64,000 nt of DNA, taken from Lingula anatina. Lineage: Eukaryota; Animalia; Brachiopoda. Under the pieces are notes generated by a model, which worked only from the letters and a program-made list of their open reading frames with translations, had not been told where the DNA came from and ran no database searches. A program made the position numbers and the translations under genes. Below are positions 25,501 through 38,873 of this stretch, piece by piece. How positions within the stretch are numbered: position 1 is the stretch's first letter; the number at the start of each line of letters is the position of its first letter. Location of the stretch: NCBI GenBank assembly GCA_051362555.1, contig JBPQGU010000016.1, positions 6,448,001-6,512,000 of the forward strand, read 5' to 3'.

Positions 25501-28500
25501 ATTTTTGGTGATTTTGAGTGATTTTGAACAGTGCCGGCACTGTGAGATTTCTTCAATTTTGGCCAGGTAGGGATGAAAATTTTTTTTCTTCATTATAGTG
25601 TCAGGTAGGTGTGTTCGGTCATTTGTAGTAAGAATAAAGTGCTGGAAGAGTGGTGGTGTCAACATTAAGGAAGAAATAGAGCAAAAACTCTCTCTCCCCC
25701 CCCTCTCTCAGATTCTGTTCTCAGAGCTTATTTTTGGATCATCTTTAAAGCTAGAATTGGGGGCCTTGATGAAGTGACCTGGGCGCGTTTCCACATTTTT
25801 TATGAATGACAGGTGTGGTAGATTGATTTTTGTCACTTTTTGGAAAAATCGATACGGGTCGATTTTTGGTGATTTTGAGTGATTTTGAACAGTGCCGGCA
25901 CTGTGAGATTTCTTCAATTTTGGCCAGGTAGGGATGAATTTTTTTTTCTTCATTATAGTGTCAGGTAGGTGTGTTCGGTCATTTGTAGTCAGAATAAAGT
26001 GCTGGAAGAGTGGTGGTGTCAACATTAAGGAAGAAATAGAGCAAAAACTCTCTCTCCCCCCCCCCCTCTCAGATTCTGTTCTCAGAGCTTATTTTTGGAT
26101 CATCTTTAAAGCTAGAATTGGGGGCCTTGATGAAGTGACCCGGGCGCGTTTCCACATTTTTTATGAATGACAGGTGTGGTAGATTGATTTTCGTCACTTT
26201 TTGGAAAAATCGGAGACGGGTCGATTTTTGGTGATTTTGAGTGATTTTGAACAGTGCCGGCACTGTGAGATTTCTTCAATTTTGGCCAGGTAGGGATGAA
26301 AATTTTTTTTCTTCATTATAGTGTCAGGTAGGTGTGTTCGGTCATTTGTAGTAAGAATAAAGTGCTGGAAGAGTGGTGGTGTCAACATTAAGGAAGAAAT
26401 AGAGCAAAAACTCTCTCTCCCCCCCCCTCTCTCAGATTCTGTTCTCAGAGCTTATTTTTGGATCATCTTTAAAGCTAGAATTGGGGGCCTTGATGAAGTG
26501 ACCCGGGCGCGTTTCCACATTTTTTATGAATGACAGGTGTGGTAGATTGATTTTTGTCACTTTTTGGAAAAATCGATACGGGTCGATTTTTGGTGATTTT
26601 GAGTGATTTTAAACAGTGCCGGCACTGTGAGATTTCTTCAATTTTGGCCAGGTAGGGATGAATTTTTTTTTTCTTCATTATAGTGTCAGGTAGGTGTGTT
26701 CGGTCATTTGTAGTCAGAATAAAGTGCTGGAAGAGTGGTGGTGTCAACATTAAGGAAGAAATAGAGCAAAAACTCTCTCTCCCCCCCCCCCCCCCTCTCA
26801 GATTCTGTTCTCAGAGCTTATTTTTGGATCATCTTTAAAGCTAGAATTGGGGGCCTTGATGAAGTGACCCGGGCGCGTTTCCACATTTTTTATGAATGAC
26901 AGGTGTGGTAGATTGATTTTCGTCACTTTTTGGAAAAATCGGAGACGGGTCGATTTTTGGTGATTTTGAGTGATTTTGAACAGTGCCGGCACTGTGAGAT
27001 TTCTTCAATTTTGGCCAGGTAGGGATGAAAATTTTTTTTCTTCATTATAGTGTCAGGTAGGTGTGTTCGGTCATTTGTAGTAAGAATAAAGTGCTGGAAG
27101 AGTGGTGGTGTCAACATTAAGGAAGAAATAGAGCAAAAACTCTCTCTCCCCCCCCTCTCTCAGATTCTGTTCTCAGAGCTTATTTTTGGATCATCTTTAA
27201 AGCTAGAATTGGGGGCCTTGATGAAGTGACCCGGGCGCGTTTCCACATTTTTTATGAATGACAGGTGTGGTAGATTGATTTTCGTCACTTTTTGGAAAAA
27301 TCGATACGGGTCGATTTTTGGTGATTTTGAGTGATTTTGAACAGTGCCGGCACTGTGAGATTTCTTCAATTTTGGCCAGGTAGGGATGAATTTTTTTTTT
27401 CTTCATTATAGTGTCAGGTAGGTGTGTTCGGTCATTTGTAGTCAGAATAAAGTGCTGGAAGAGTGGTGGTGTCAACATTAAGGAAGAAATAGAGCAAAAA
27501 CTCTCTCTCCCCCCCCCCCCCCTCTCAGATTCTGTTCTCAGAGCTTATTTTTGGATCATCTTTAAAGCTAGAATTGGGGGCCTTGATGAAGTGACCCGGG
27601 CGCGTTTCCACATTTTTTATGAATGACAGGTGTGGTAGATTGATTTTCGTCACTTTTTGGAAAAATCGGAGACGGGTCGATTTTTGGTGATTTTGAGTGA
27701 TTTTGAACAGTGCCGGCACTGTGAGATTTCTTCAATTTTGGCCAGGTAGGGATGAAATTTTTTTTTTCTTCATTATAGTGTCAGGTAGGTGTGTTCGGTC
27801 ATTTGTAGTAAGAATAAAGTGCTGGAAGAGTGGTGGTGTCAACATTAAGGAAGAAATAGAGCAAAAACTCTCTCTCCCCCCCCCCCCTCTCAGATTCTGT
27901 TCTCAGAGCTTATTTTTGGATCATCTTTAAAGCTAGAATTGGGGGCCTTGATGAAGTGACCCGGGCGCGTTTCCACATTTTTTATGAATGACAGGTGTGG
28001 TAGATTGATTTTCGTCACTTTTTGGAAAAATCAGAGACGGGTCGATTTTTGGTGATTTTGAGTGATTTTGAACAGTGCCGGCACTGTGAGATTTCTTCAA
28101 TTTTGGCCAGGTAGGGATGAAAATTTTTTTTCTTCATTATAGTGTCAGGTAGGTGTGTTCGGTCATTTGTAGTAAGAATAAAGTGCTGGAAGAGTGGTGG
28201 TGTCAACATTAAGGAAGAAATAGAGCAAAAACTCTCTCTCCCCCCCCCCCCTCTCAGATTCTGTTCTCAGAGCTTATTTTTGGATCATCTTTAAAGCTAG
28301 AATTGGGGGCCTTGATGAAGTGACCCGGGCGCGTTTTCACATTTTTTATGAATGACAGGTGTGGTAGATTGATTTTCGTCACTTTTTGGAAAAATCGGAG
28401 ACGGGTCGATTTTTGGTGATTTTGAGTGATTTTGAACAGTGCCGGCACTGTGAGATTTCTTCAATTTTGGCCAGGTAGGGATGAAAATTTTTTTCTTCAT

Positions 28501-28959
28501 TATAGTGTCAGGTAGATGTGTTCGGTCATTTGTAGTAAGAATAAAGTGCTGGAAGAGTGGTGGTGTCAACATTAAGGAAGAAATAGAGCAAAAACTCTCT
28601 CTCCCCCCCCCCCTCTCAGATTCTGTTCTCAGAGCTTATTTTTGGATCATCTTTAAAGCTAGAATTGGGGGCCTTGATGAAGTGACCCGGGCGCGTTTAC
28701 ACATTTTTTATGAATGACAGGTGTGGTAGATTGATTTTCGTCACTTTTTGGAAAAATCGGAGACGGGTCGATTTTTGGTGATTTTGAGTGATTTTGAACA
28801 GTGCCGGCACTGTGAGATTTCTTCAATTTTGGCCAGGTAGGGATGAAAAATTTATTTCTTCATTATAGTGTCAGGTAGGTGTGTTCGGTCATTTGTAGTA
28901 AGCATAAAATGCTTGAAGAGTGGTGGTGTCAACATTATGGAAGAAATAAAGCAAAAACT
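13595..28959 (+). repeat. ~363 bp satellite array 1 (~42 monomers)
   Basis: Near-identical head-to-tail monomers beginning ttggccaggtagggatgaaaa. ORF-track period is 361-367 bp. The array ends in a diverged partial monomer. Confidence 0.99.
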
Positions 28960-30564
28960 ATGTATACAGATTCCTGCTATATTATTATTTTATCTTTAAT
29001 TTATCGAATTTTATGATGCCTTTCCTATATACATAGTCCTTTTTTAAAATAATTACCGTATCAGTTTTTTAAAACCTAGAACAAAAGTTTTCAGTTTGTC
29101 TGTCTTTTTTATTCCAGCAATTTCAGCAGCCATTACTGTTTCCGAGACACCTTGCCTGTGCTATCAAACGAAGCCTGTTACTTACAGCACAGGAGCACCA
29201 AAGAGTTTGAAGAGTGCTTTACAAGTCATCAGTCAAATTAAGCAGAAATGGTCTTAGCTTTGCAAACCGGTGTCAAAGGGTCAAATCAAGTATTCCAAGC
29301 CTTCCAAGGACTAGTATGATGTAAGTCAGTATGGACAATATATTAAAGGTCCAAAAGCATCAAAGTCTTTAAGGTACTCGCCCCACGCCGCAGCATGTCA
29401 TCGAAGAAATGACCCCTTGATGATAGGGATATGGATTGCAAGTGTTCTGGAGGCTCCAAGACAACTGTCTATAGCAGGTTCTGGTACTTGCATAGTGGGT
29501 CTTCAAACCCTTGGTATAGAAAGTACAAACCAGCAGCTTAATCTGGAAGTTAAAAAGAAAAAACAGCCATAAGTCCATGCATTAAAATCATGTTGAAATC
29601 TCTTTTTGGAAATTAGAAAAACGACTATTGCAATTATTAGAGAAGGCTTAATTAACTTTGAGTGTGCATTTTTTATGAACTGATACTTCCTTGTGAACAA
29701 AAACTCTGAAAAGATTTCCACATTTTGTATTTTTGGCAATAATGAGAAATGAATGAACATTCATTGATTAATTATTATCATTATTTATTTATTCATTTAT
29801 TTTTTTGCTATTTCCACTTGAGGGTGCTTACGCAAATTTGGCAGATTTCCCAAGTTTTGGGTTAAATAATAATAATTTATTGAGCACTGAAATGTTTTTA
29901 CATTTAGAAGCTCTCTAGCTAGTATACATTATACATATGGAAAGATAGTAAGGATAGTAAGTAAATGAAAGAGAAAAAAGAAATTATACTTATATAATGT
30001 TACACAATATACATTCTCTTAATATCCAGGTGAGATGCATGAAATCATTTGTGCACTTCTAGTTAATTACGTTTTTTTTAAAAGCACAATGTTGTTATTT
30101 TGGGTCTTTATGAGGTAATGTGATTTTGTCAGCATATTAGTTAAATGAACAACTTTGTCTGGATGCCCCACTCCTGCCTCAAATGAGATTTTAAAAGCAA
30201 ACATCAATATCTATAAAGTCAGGTTTTAATGCTTATTTTTGAACACATTTCACATAAATCACATTTCACATGATGATCTGGGCTGATTTTGTCAAAGTTA
30301 AAGAAACCCCATTTTGAACACTGATGACAATTTAGTAAAACCATGTTACTCATGGATCTCAATCTTACAGAAAAGGTAAATTGGACTAAAATACAGCTTG
30401 AGTTAGAAAACTGAACTGATTGCATTCTTTTTCTGAGAGTTATTTATTTATTTAATTATCATTATTATTATTATTTATTATTATTATTTTCAAAATATTT
30501 TTTTTCACATATTAGCATTTTCTTCGTGAGACTTGGAACTCCCACGGGATGAAATTCCAGCTCC

Positions 30565-30845
30565 CACTCTCAAGCCCCTGGGGAGCTTTTTGAAATAATA
30601 TAAAGATGAAATTTGGGTCTTTTTAAAATAATTAAAATAATGATGTCAGGAAGGTGTGTTTTGTTTTTTCTAGCCATCCACAGGTAATTTTTTTTTTTCA
30701 ATATTTCTTGTGAATTAAAAAAATATTTTTCCATCCCCCTCCCCAACCTCAAACCCCTGAGGAGCTTTTTGAAGTACTATAAAGATGCAATTTGGGGATT
30801 TAATGATGAGATGTTGATATGTTTAGACAATTATTGTGAATGATC
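30565..30845 (+). repeat. Diverged relative of the satellite monomer with a ~180 bp internal duplication
   Basis: atgtcaggaaggtgtgttttg vs monomer gtgtcaggtaggtgtgttcgg. gagctttttgaagtactataaagatgcaatttgggg..tgtgaatga vs gagcttatttttggatcatctttaaagctagaattggggg..tatgaatga. The motif tcaa.cccctg.ggagctttttgaa occurs at both 30570 and 30749. Confidence 0.6.
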
Positions 30846-31481
30846 CCTTTCCGTCTCAGCACTGATACTCCTCCGCACCATTACTCCCTCGCACCGATAG
30901 GCCTATACTACCCCTTACACTCCATCGACCTCACCCGCATCTTAAAGCTCCTGCAACGATACTCTCTCACAGCCTTTGCAATTGGTTAAAACTGCTACCA
31001 ACAAAACACAATGATTGATCTAAAAACTCTCGAAATACTATTTTTCCGAAAGTGCACCACCCTCTTGGGACCCAAAAGTGACACATTTCATTAGAAATAT
31101 TGTGGAAAAATAAGGGAATTACTAAAGTTGGTCTGCTTAGTAACAAAGTACATAGTCGATCTAATATGTATGCAGCTCGGCTTTGTGATTATTAAGAAAT
31201 ATCTGTATACTTCACTTCGTTCTTCAACAGTGGTTACTGTATACAATATGTGCATCTTCTTCTTGATTTGTTTATTAATTATTTTACTAAAAGTATGTTT
31301 TTAACAGAAGATAGCAAAGACGACATAATCTTTTCTTCAGGGGCCACTCTATTCGTAAAAGAAATTGAAACAACAACAACAAAAAAAAACATTGTTTAAG
31401 CGAGAAATTGCCGCCTTTGTCCTCCTGGAAATGTGAGATTCTACAATTTAGGCTGTCCTTGGGCGATTGTAGGAACCACTG

Positions 31482-31649
31482 CAGGGGCGGATCCAGAGCT
31501 ATATACTGACAGTCTTCCAAATTATCTTTGTTGATTCATCCTCCAATTTTGACCGTCTTCCAACATTAAAAATTGGATACCCGTCAATGTAAACTTGAAA
31601 ATCTGACCGTCTTCTGGAAGACCCAGAAGACGGCCTAAATCCGCCCCTG
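31482..31649. mobile_element. MITE, CAGGGGCGGAT TIRs, 5 bp TSD
   Basis: caggggcggatcc ... aatccgcccctg, flanked by cactg on both sides (31477-31481, 31650-31654). Confidence 0.85.
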
Positions 31650-31811
31650 CACTGAACACCTACAGTATAATGCGCTTAAATTACTGTTTTTTCTTTACGG
31701 TTCTGTTTGTAATAGAAATCTAGGACAGAAAAAATTACAACTTGAATGTAACATCATAAATCCTTAAAAATAGATAACAAATCCGATTGTGTTTATTGCC
31801 AGTACAGCTCT

Positions 31812-31890
31812 CAGGGGCGAATCCAGGATTTCGAAGACTAGGTGGTTAGTTTTTATTGACCCCGCTTCTACGTGGACGGAACGGTTCATT
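31812..31890 (+). mobile_element. Left-end remnant of the same MITE family
   Basis: caggggcgaatccaggattt. No matching right end with a TSD was found. Confidence 0.5.
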
Positions 31891-32745
31891 TTTAACATTG
31901 AATAAATTAATTGAATTAATATTCATTAAAATTAAATCAAATAAAATAACGATGCATGATGATTAGTAATGCAAGATTTATGCCGCAAAGTCGCTTGTCA
32001 GACTACATCTAAGATGATCTCACGACATACTTGGGTATGGCTGTTTAGATGTAGGGGGTAGAGGCACTATTTGAAGGCAGCTGAAGGAAAAAATCGAAAG
32101 GAGTTCGATGGCATTTAGCATTACATGGTCCATTTCTCAGTAAAGAATACTAAATAAAGAAATTATACATACTTCAGGATGGCTCACTGCGGTTTTCGTC
32201 CACACATAGGCAACCAGTAATTCGGACTCTACTAGCGATAATGTAAACACACCTTGAATGCCCATTTATATATTTGCTTTTCTAGTTAAACTTAGCAATG
32301 TGTATTAATTTTGTTCGAAAAAAAAAAAGCATTCCACTGTAATTTGCGACCGCGTCCATGTGCACCAATGCAGGCCTATTCTATTTATGGAGATGGTCAC
32401 ATAATCAGCAAAACGGAAATTTAACTGGTACATGTACAAGTTTCGAAATAAAATGTTTGTCAAACCTTTATAATATCTAGAGCTTTTGTTGTTTGAAACA
32501 TGTTTAACTAAAATGTAAGAAAAACGAAAAAAGTAAGCAGCAAGCTGGTAGGCAGTAAGTGAAAGCCTGGTCTGAACACTGAATTTCTAGGTAACCATGT
32601 ATTTTTCACACCCCCTAATTTCATTTCCACAACGATCCGTGAATGAGGTTAAAAAGCAATAACATACTTGTGTGACAGGACAAAATGCTTTGTTTATTAC
32701 GCCACTTTATCTTGTCAAATGAAGCATGAATTTGAAAAACCATGA

Positions 32746-33130
32746 AAACTAGAGGATCAGAGAGGTGATACCGCCTGAGGGTATTGTACCACCAGCTGGA
32801 GTAAGCTCATTCGTATAGAAAAGTGAAAAAAGGGACACCACCTCCAGTGTTGTGCTGGACAAGCTCTACATGCAGTAAGCAAAAGTTCTAAATAGTTTTG
32901 TTGAAAATTACCATTTAAAACAAAATCATGAGGAAAAGTAAAAGTTAAAATTCAAATTTGTGAAGTGCAGTTCATGGCAAAAAGTAGGTCAAAGCTCAAT
33001 TTCAAGAACACAGATTGTCAGCATATGACTGCCTATTCAAGTTCAATAGTGATTATGGGCATATCTCTGCTAGTTTTGGAGATAGAAAAGTTGCAAAGTT
33101 GCGCGGCTCATTATAAAATCGCCACCTTTT
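32746..33130 (+). mobile_element. Possible non-autonomous Helentron-like fragment
   Basis: Starts aaactagag, like 9281. It contains aagtaggtcaa and catatctct..gttttggagata motifs reminiscent of such elements. Boundaries are uncertain. Confidence 0.3.
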
Positions 33131-33309
33131 AAAATTTCCAGTTGTACTAAGTGCACGTGGTTTGCAGATTAATTTTAGCCATTAAGAGCGTTAGATTGAA
33201 ACCTTTTGCCGCTACAAATACAACAACTTGATTGATATCTTAGGCGATTATCAAAAACAGACAATAGCAAGAATCACTTACCTGCTGTAGGTTACAAGGG
33301 CGACCAACC

Positions 33310-33523
33310 CAGGGGCGGGACCAGGATTATTTGAAGGGGGGTCCACGGATGCAAAACCGACCCTTATCTTAGAGGGCGAACGGTGCTATTTAGTACTTTT
33401 TAGAACTATGATTCGGCTAGAGAAAATACTTATTTCATAAGGGGACCATCGGTGTGATTATTTTTAGAAACTGAAGGGGAGGAGGTCAGGACCCCCTGAC
33501 CCCCCCCTCCCAATCCGCCACTG
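33310..33523. mobile_element. MITE, CAGGGGCGG TIRs, near-perfect 5 bp TSD
   Basis: caggggcgggaccagg ... caatccgccactg, flanked by caacc and caact. Confidence 0.75.
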
Positions 33524-34143
33524 CAACTACCAATGGACCTCGGTGGACACAGGTTAATTACATATCTGGCATTTGTGTCATAGGTTGTGCATTTAAGCTT
33601 TAAACTTAAGTTTTATAAATATTAAAGTACCTACCCTTTAACGCGAAGTAAGAATCACGGTCAGCCACCTTTGTTTATGAGACAGTAATCAGTGTTACGC
33701 CGACGACCATCACCTGATCTATTGAATTAAACGAGTGGAGTAGTAACGAACCCTTGGAACGAATTTGAGAAATAAGCAAACCTGACTTTATCGAGTGTAG
33801 GGGAGTTCGATTTTCTAAAAAAAAAAAATGTACATTATATTTATAAAAATTCAGTCGGAATCGAAACTCCCCCCCCCCCCGCCCCCACCGACCCTCCTAA
33901 ATCCACCACTGGCACAAATCTTTTGTCCTGTACCATCTAAACTGCGTCACGTACAGCTCGATGTAGCGAGTCAATATAAATATAATTTCAATCGGTTGAC
34001 GAGAGGAATTAAAGTGAAATTAATTTCTCTCTGGTTATGACACGCCAGAAGAGGGCGGGATTATGGTAGGGGAGTTTTCGTGTCATTTAGGCGATTGACA
34101 CGGTACTGTTAACACGCTTATGATTACGACTCCGTAGACGACA

Positions 34144-36682
34144 TGGTTGATGAGTCCAGTGGAAGCGAACACTTTACCTTGGCTGATGTAATGAAAAAAA
34201 TGGAAAGTAAAAAGAAAGAGGCGAAAGACTATTTCGACCATAGACTGTCTACTTTTAATGCCGAAGCCGGTAAAAACTGAAAGTCGACAATATTTATCTT
34301 GGAAAATAGAAGGTAATCACCAGCAATTTGACTCAACAGTATTTGAAAATAAGATTATTGTGGTGAACAAACTGACAGTGCCTTACAGTCTTGGCAAGAG
34401 AAACAAACTTATCAGAATTGCTGACACTTTCGACACTGTTAAGGAACATACTGTTAATCCTCTTGCTTGTGATTCTGAGAGCGAGAGAGCTACAAAGAAA
34501 ATAAAAGAAAACAAAAAGGGAGCCAAAAAAAATAAGGTTATATCAGCAGACCGACCGATAGGTGTGGCGATACTTCTCAGCGGAGAAGTCTTTATCGCAG
34601 CAGCGGGTCGTGACTTTGCTTAGCTTGTTGAGGAAAGGGCCATTTCATGCTTGAGTGACCAACTTACAGAGGGGAAAGTTATTCTACCAGAGTCCAACCC
34701 CAGAGATAAGGGAACATCTGGAATGGGATAGAAGGCGAAAGCATTGAAAAATAGATAAGTACCCGGTACATGTATGAGTGCGTTAGTTTCAATCAAGAGT
34801 TGCATAATTATGAACATGAGCAAAATCAGAAATTCATACCCGTGAAAAGTAGGTTAAGAACCAATTTAAGTTTTTGGGAAGAAGTAGGGTATTCATTTTT
34901 TATTCTAGACTTGATAAAAATGGTTATAAATTTCCGTTTATAGCAACACCCTGTGGGATGAGGAAAGATAACAGCTTTCACCATTGAAAAATAAGTTTTT
35001 TGTTAAAAAGCTATTCTTGAATTGAAAAAGATGCGTTTGATTAAAAGGTGTAGCAAACAACCAATTGTTGATAACCCTTAAACAGAAGCAGTGCATAGCA
35101 GTGAAAAAAATAGATTGATTTTAGATGTACGAGAAGTAAACAAACATGTCCGTAAGCAGTCTGGTAGTTACGGACATTTGAGAACGGCTCTTATGTTTAT
35201 GAAACTGTGTGGTTGGTTGATTAAATTTGATTCAGCTAATCAACATCTAGATATCAATTATCCTCATACGGATTATTGAGGTTTTTCATGGAAAATTCAA
35301 GATCAGCAGATTTATTTTTGATTCTTAGTTCTTCCATTTGGGTTATCATTAGCACTTAATATTTTTTTTCAAAATTGACTTGGCAATTAATCAAAGAATG
35401 GTTCGATGTAATTGGATGACGGTCTGTGGTACTGCAGTAACATAGATAGATTGGAGCATCAGGGTGCTGAGATCAAAGATGATATTGCTAAGTCAGGTTT
35501 TATGTAAATATATGAGAATACTATTTGGTCGTAGGTACAGAGTCTGGCATTTATAGGCATCGAAATAGATATTAGTATTGGGGAAATCAAAGTTCTTGAT
35601 ATTAGAATAGCAAGTGCTAAGAGATGTGACATTATATTCGCACGAAAGTGAGCAGAGGTCTGGCTATGTCGGTCGGATTATACTATGTCTCATGTGTTGG
35701 GAAGTGTAAAACAACTAATGACAAATTATATTAGCATGGTTATTTCAAGTGCTTTTTCTTAGAATCAGAAAATGTGTGTGAAAGCATGCAGTCAAATTAG
35801 ACCTTGGTGTAGTAAATCAGAATTTTACAGTTTTCACCTCAGTGCAATAAGGTAGTTTATTCTGATGCTAGTAGTACTGGGTTTGGAGGATATTGTGTGG
35901 AGACACCTAAAAGGGTGTGTTGCGGGGAATGGTCAGCTGACGAAGCGACGGAGAGCTCTACTTACAGAGAACTGATAGCTGTTTTCAGGGTCCTGTTCTC
36001 CATGGCAAACACGTTGAGTGTTTTGAGATTGAAGTGGTTTTCTGATAGCAAAGATGTTGTAAACATTAAAGAAAAAAGTAGCATGAGGAGTAAATTACAA
36101 CCTATTATTTTTGATGTTTTTCTTCTAATGGAGTTATTCAATAGAAATGAAAGGATACTGAGAGAAGAGAATACCCATGCAGATTATATAAGTAGAAGTG
36201 TGGATGTTGACAATTGGGGTATTTCTAAAGAATTATTCTCACATTTTGATAAGATATGGGGTCCTCATGAAGTGGATTGGTTTACGTCCTGCTACAATGC
36301 TTAAGTACATATTTTTACTCTAGATTTTAGAATTCAGGAACAGTGAATGGGACACGCGTCATTTACGGATCTATCCTGGTCCTCAGATCAAATTCAGTCT
36401 CTTATTTCTACCAATGAGTTACAACAGACTCCTTGTTTCTATATTGTTTCCGACAGACTGTTCTGGTCCTTCACCTGTAAATATCCATCATGACGTAATC
36501 AAATGTGGCACCGAAACGTGCCCTTGGCTGACTCTGTTATGGTCTCAAAATTTTTGAAGCTTTAAGCTTTTAGATGCTACCTAGTTTCTTATTGAAAAGT
36601 CGAGATACAGAGGTGGCAATTGGCTTTTGATAAATCGGGTTAAATCGTATTTATGCCCAGTAAAAGTTCTTGAAAATATTTA
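34144..36682 (+). mobile_element. Decayed DIRS-order retrotransposon A, copy 2 (includes gag)
   Basis: gag-like WKIEGNHQQF..KRNKLIRIAD..NPLACDSESE (ORF 34258-34623), followed by the same RT, RNase H, MT and YR remnants as copy 1. Confidence 0.88.
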
Positions 36683-36934
36683 GATTTCATTGGTAGGCCT
36701 CGATCCTAGCTACAGCTTTTCAAATTTACATGGCCTATTTTAAATATAATATCGTTGAGTTACAATGACAGTTATGTATGAAAATTGTATAACGACGAGG
36801 GGGAGTATCGGTGCGCGTACAACAGTAATTTATGAATACATTTTACAGTATTATGGAATATACATGTATATTAGCGCCCGTGGTCTTATTGATCAATTAA
36901 TGTGTGAATGAATAAGTCAAATCCACATGTACAT

Positions 36935-37209
36935 CTGGGGCGGATCCAGGATTTTTTGGAAGGGTGGTGGTGTTTTTTTTACGGATTGACAAGGCCTCGG
37001 AGTGCAAGGCCGACCCTCACCCCTTTGGAGTTATGTTTGGGGCACGCTCGAGGGCCACGAAAAAGGGTGTTTTAGAGGGAAAATATCTCCATTTGATACG
37101 GTTTATAACTATTATTCAGCTATAGATTTTGGGTGTAATTTTTTTTATCAGAAATCGAAGGGAGGAGGGGGTCTGGATCCCCCCTGACACCCCCTCTTTA
37201 TCCGCCATG
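36935..37209. mobile_element. MITE with 5 bp TSD tacat, copy 2
   Basis: Paralog of 2492-2765. Confidence 0.8.
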
Positions 37210-38873
37210 TACATGTATTAGACCGTGAACATTCGTGAACAGTTTCAACCACAGTCCCTCGCCTGAAATGAGCCATGCCTGTCTGTAATTTGCATAACAA
37301 TTACTTGCTCATCGTAGTGCGAGCTGTATTTCCGAATGCTCAGTAGGCAGTAGGACACAGCTAGGTGAAGACGCAATGTTCAACGTGCGGGTGCAGTCGC
37401 AACGCAGTCGTATGAGGCGTAGAAGCAAATGCATGTTTCGTAAGTAGCACTTTTTCTTCAGTATCGTATGTCAGTTGATAGAAAGAGAGTAGAAAAATGC
37501 AAAGAAATTTGCGACGAGTATTTACGGGTATGTTACTACTCTTTGTTGTCGCTGTCGCCTGTCGTTTCTGTTATGCCACTCAAAATATTATTTAGCAAAT
37601 TAGTAAATGGGCATATTACCACAAAGATCACGGACATATTTACATGATGGTACCGTACTTGTCACAGTTCCGAGCTTTTGATCCTAAGACAATGAACGAT
37701 AGTCAGTTTTAGTAGGTTTGTTAATTTCATTATACATGTACCTGTAAAATGCTTGTAAGCAGTGTTGAAACACGGGGAAATGATTTATTCTAAAGCGAAA
37801 TATGGTTCCCAAACGCGTGATGCAAAGCGATTTTAGATATTACAACTTTATATAGTAGGTAAAATAAATAAATAGTGATAACCTACACAAACTAGAGGAG
37901 TGTTTTCAATATTTTTTTTTTTTCAAAGCAAGATATCTGAAATATCTTTATTACTAACTTCAGGTCTTAAATGTGGCGTTAGGCAACATAGAATCGATTG
38001 CTTTTTTGGGGTGCTATCTGAGCCTGAACTATGGACAAGTCAGATATTGTTAACATTACCTTCTTATTTCAGAAGTCCACTGAGATACTGAGAACTGCAC
38101 GGCACCTGGCTGCTAGCAACCAAGCCTGTCATTCACCCTCTGGAACCCTACGCTCATCCATGCATCTTTTGTTTTAAAATTGAATAAATACGTTTGTCAT
38201 TCCTTGTGTTCTTATTCACTTCCATATGAAATGATGATAAAATATTAATAATAATAATAATAATAATAATAGAGGGTTAGGGGTAAAATTGTAAAGATAT
38301 TATTGTTTGAGCACTTTCAAATTAAATCTGCTAAAACTGATCTGTAAGCATTGTGTTTGGGATTGATGATTTCTCCAGTAACAGAGGATGTCGTAAATCG
38401 AAAGGATTAAAAGTTTTGTTAATATGCCCAGTATTTTGTAAATAATTGAGAGCATTTTAAGAATACATCTACAGGATTTCCAACAGCCCACATTTATAAA
38501 TACAATTTGTATGAATTTACGATATTGCTTTTTTAAAAATCTGTCCTACATTTTTTATAGTGAGACGGGTTTTTTAATATCTATTTATAAATTAGTTCAT
38601 CCTCCCAGATAAAATTTTCTTAATTTAATATAAGTCCATATTCTAAGGGTTTTGGTTTGCTAGAGAAAATTGTTTCAAATTTCACGACCTTCTCATCAAA
38701 CGAACGCTTCAATTTTAAATTAAAACGGAAATATAAGAGATCTTGACACACTTTTGAAATGGGAACAATGAAATTTGCTCCTCCACCCAAAACTTAGAAC
38801 TGCATATTCTGATATGTTTGAAAATGTCTCATTAAAATCATAATTAAAATGAATTGATCCTTTTATATAAAGA

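Noticed and set aside
13595-28959. Monomer as a 5S rRNA, tRNA, snRNA or spliced-leader gene array
   Set aside because: I could not recognise A/B/C boxes, a cloverleaf or conserved RNA sequence. An Infernal/Rfam scan would be needed to exclude this formally.
29377-29387. actcgccccac match to the 34 bp minisatellite
   Set aside because: A single 11 bp match with no extension.
12740-29400. TTAA-flanked TIR pair enclosing array 1 as one giant transposon
   Set aside because: The candidate ends share only ttaaggta and face outward rather than enclosing the array, so no TIR pair is supported.
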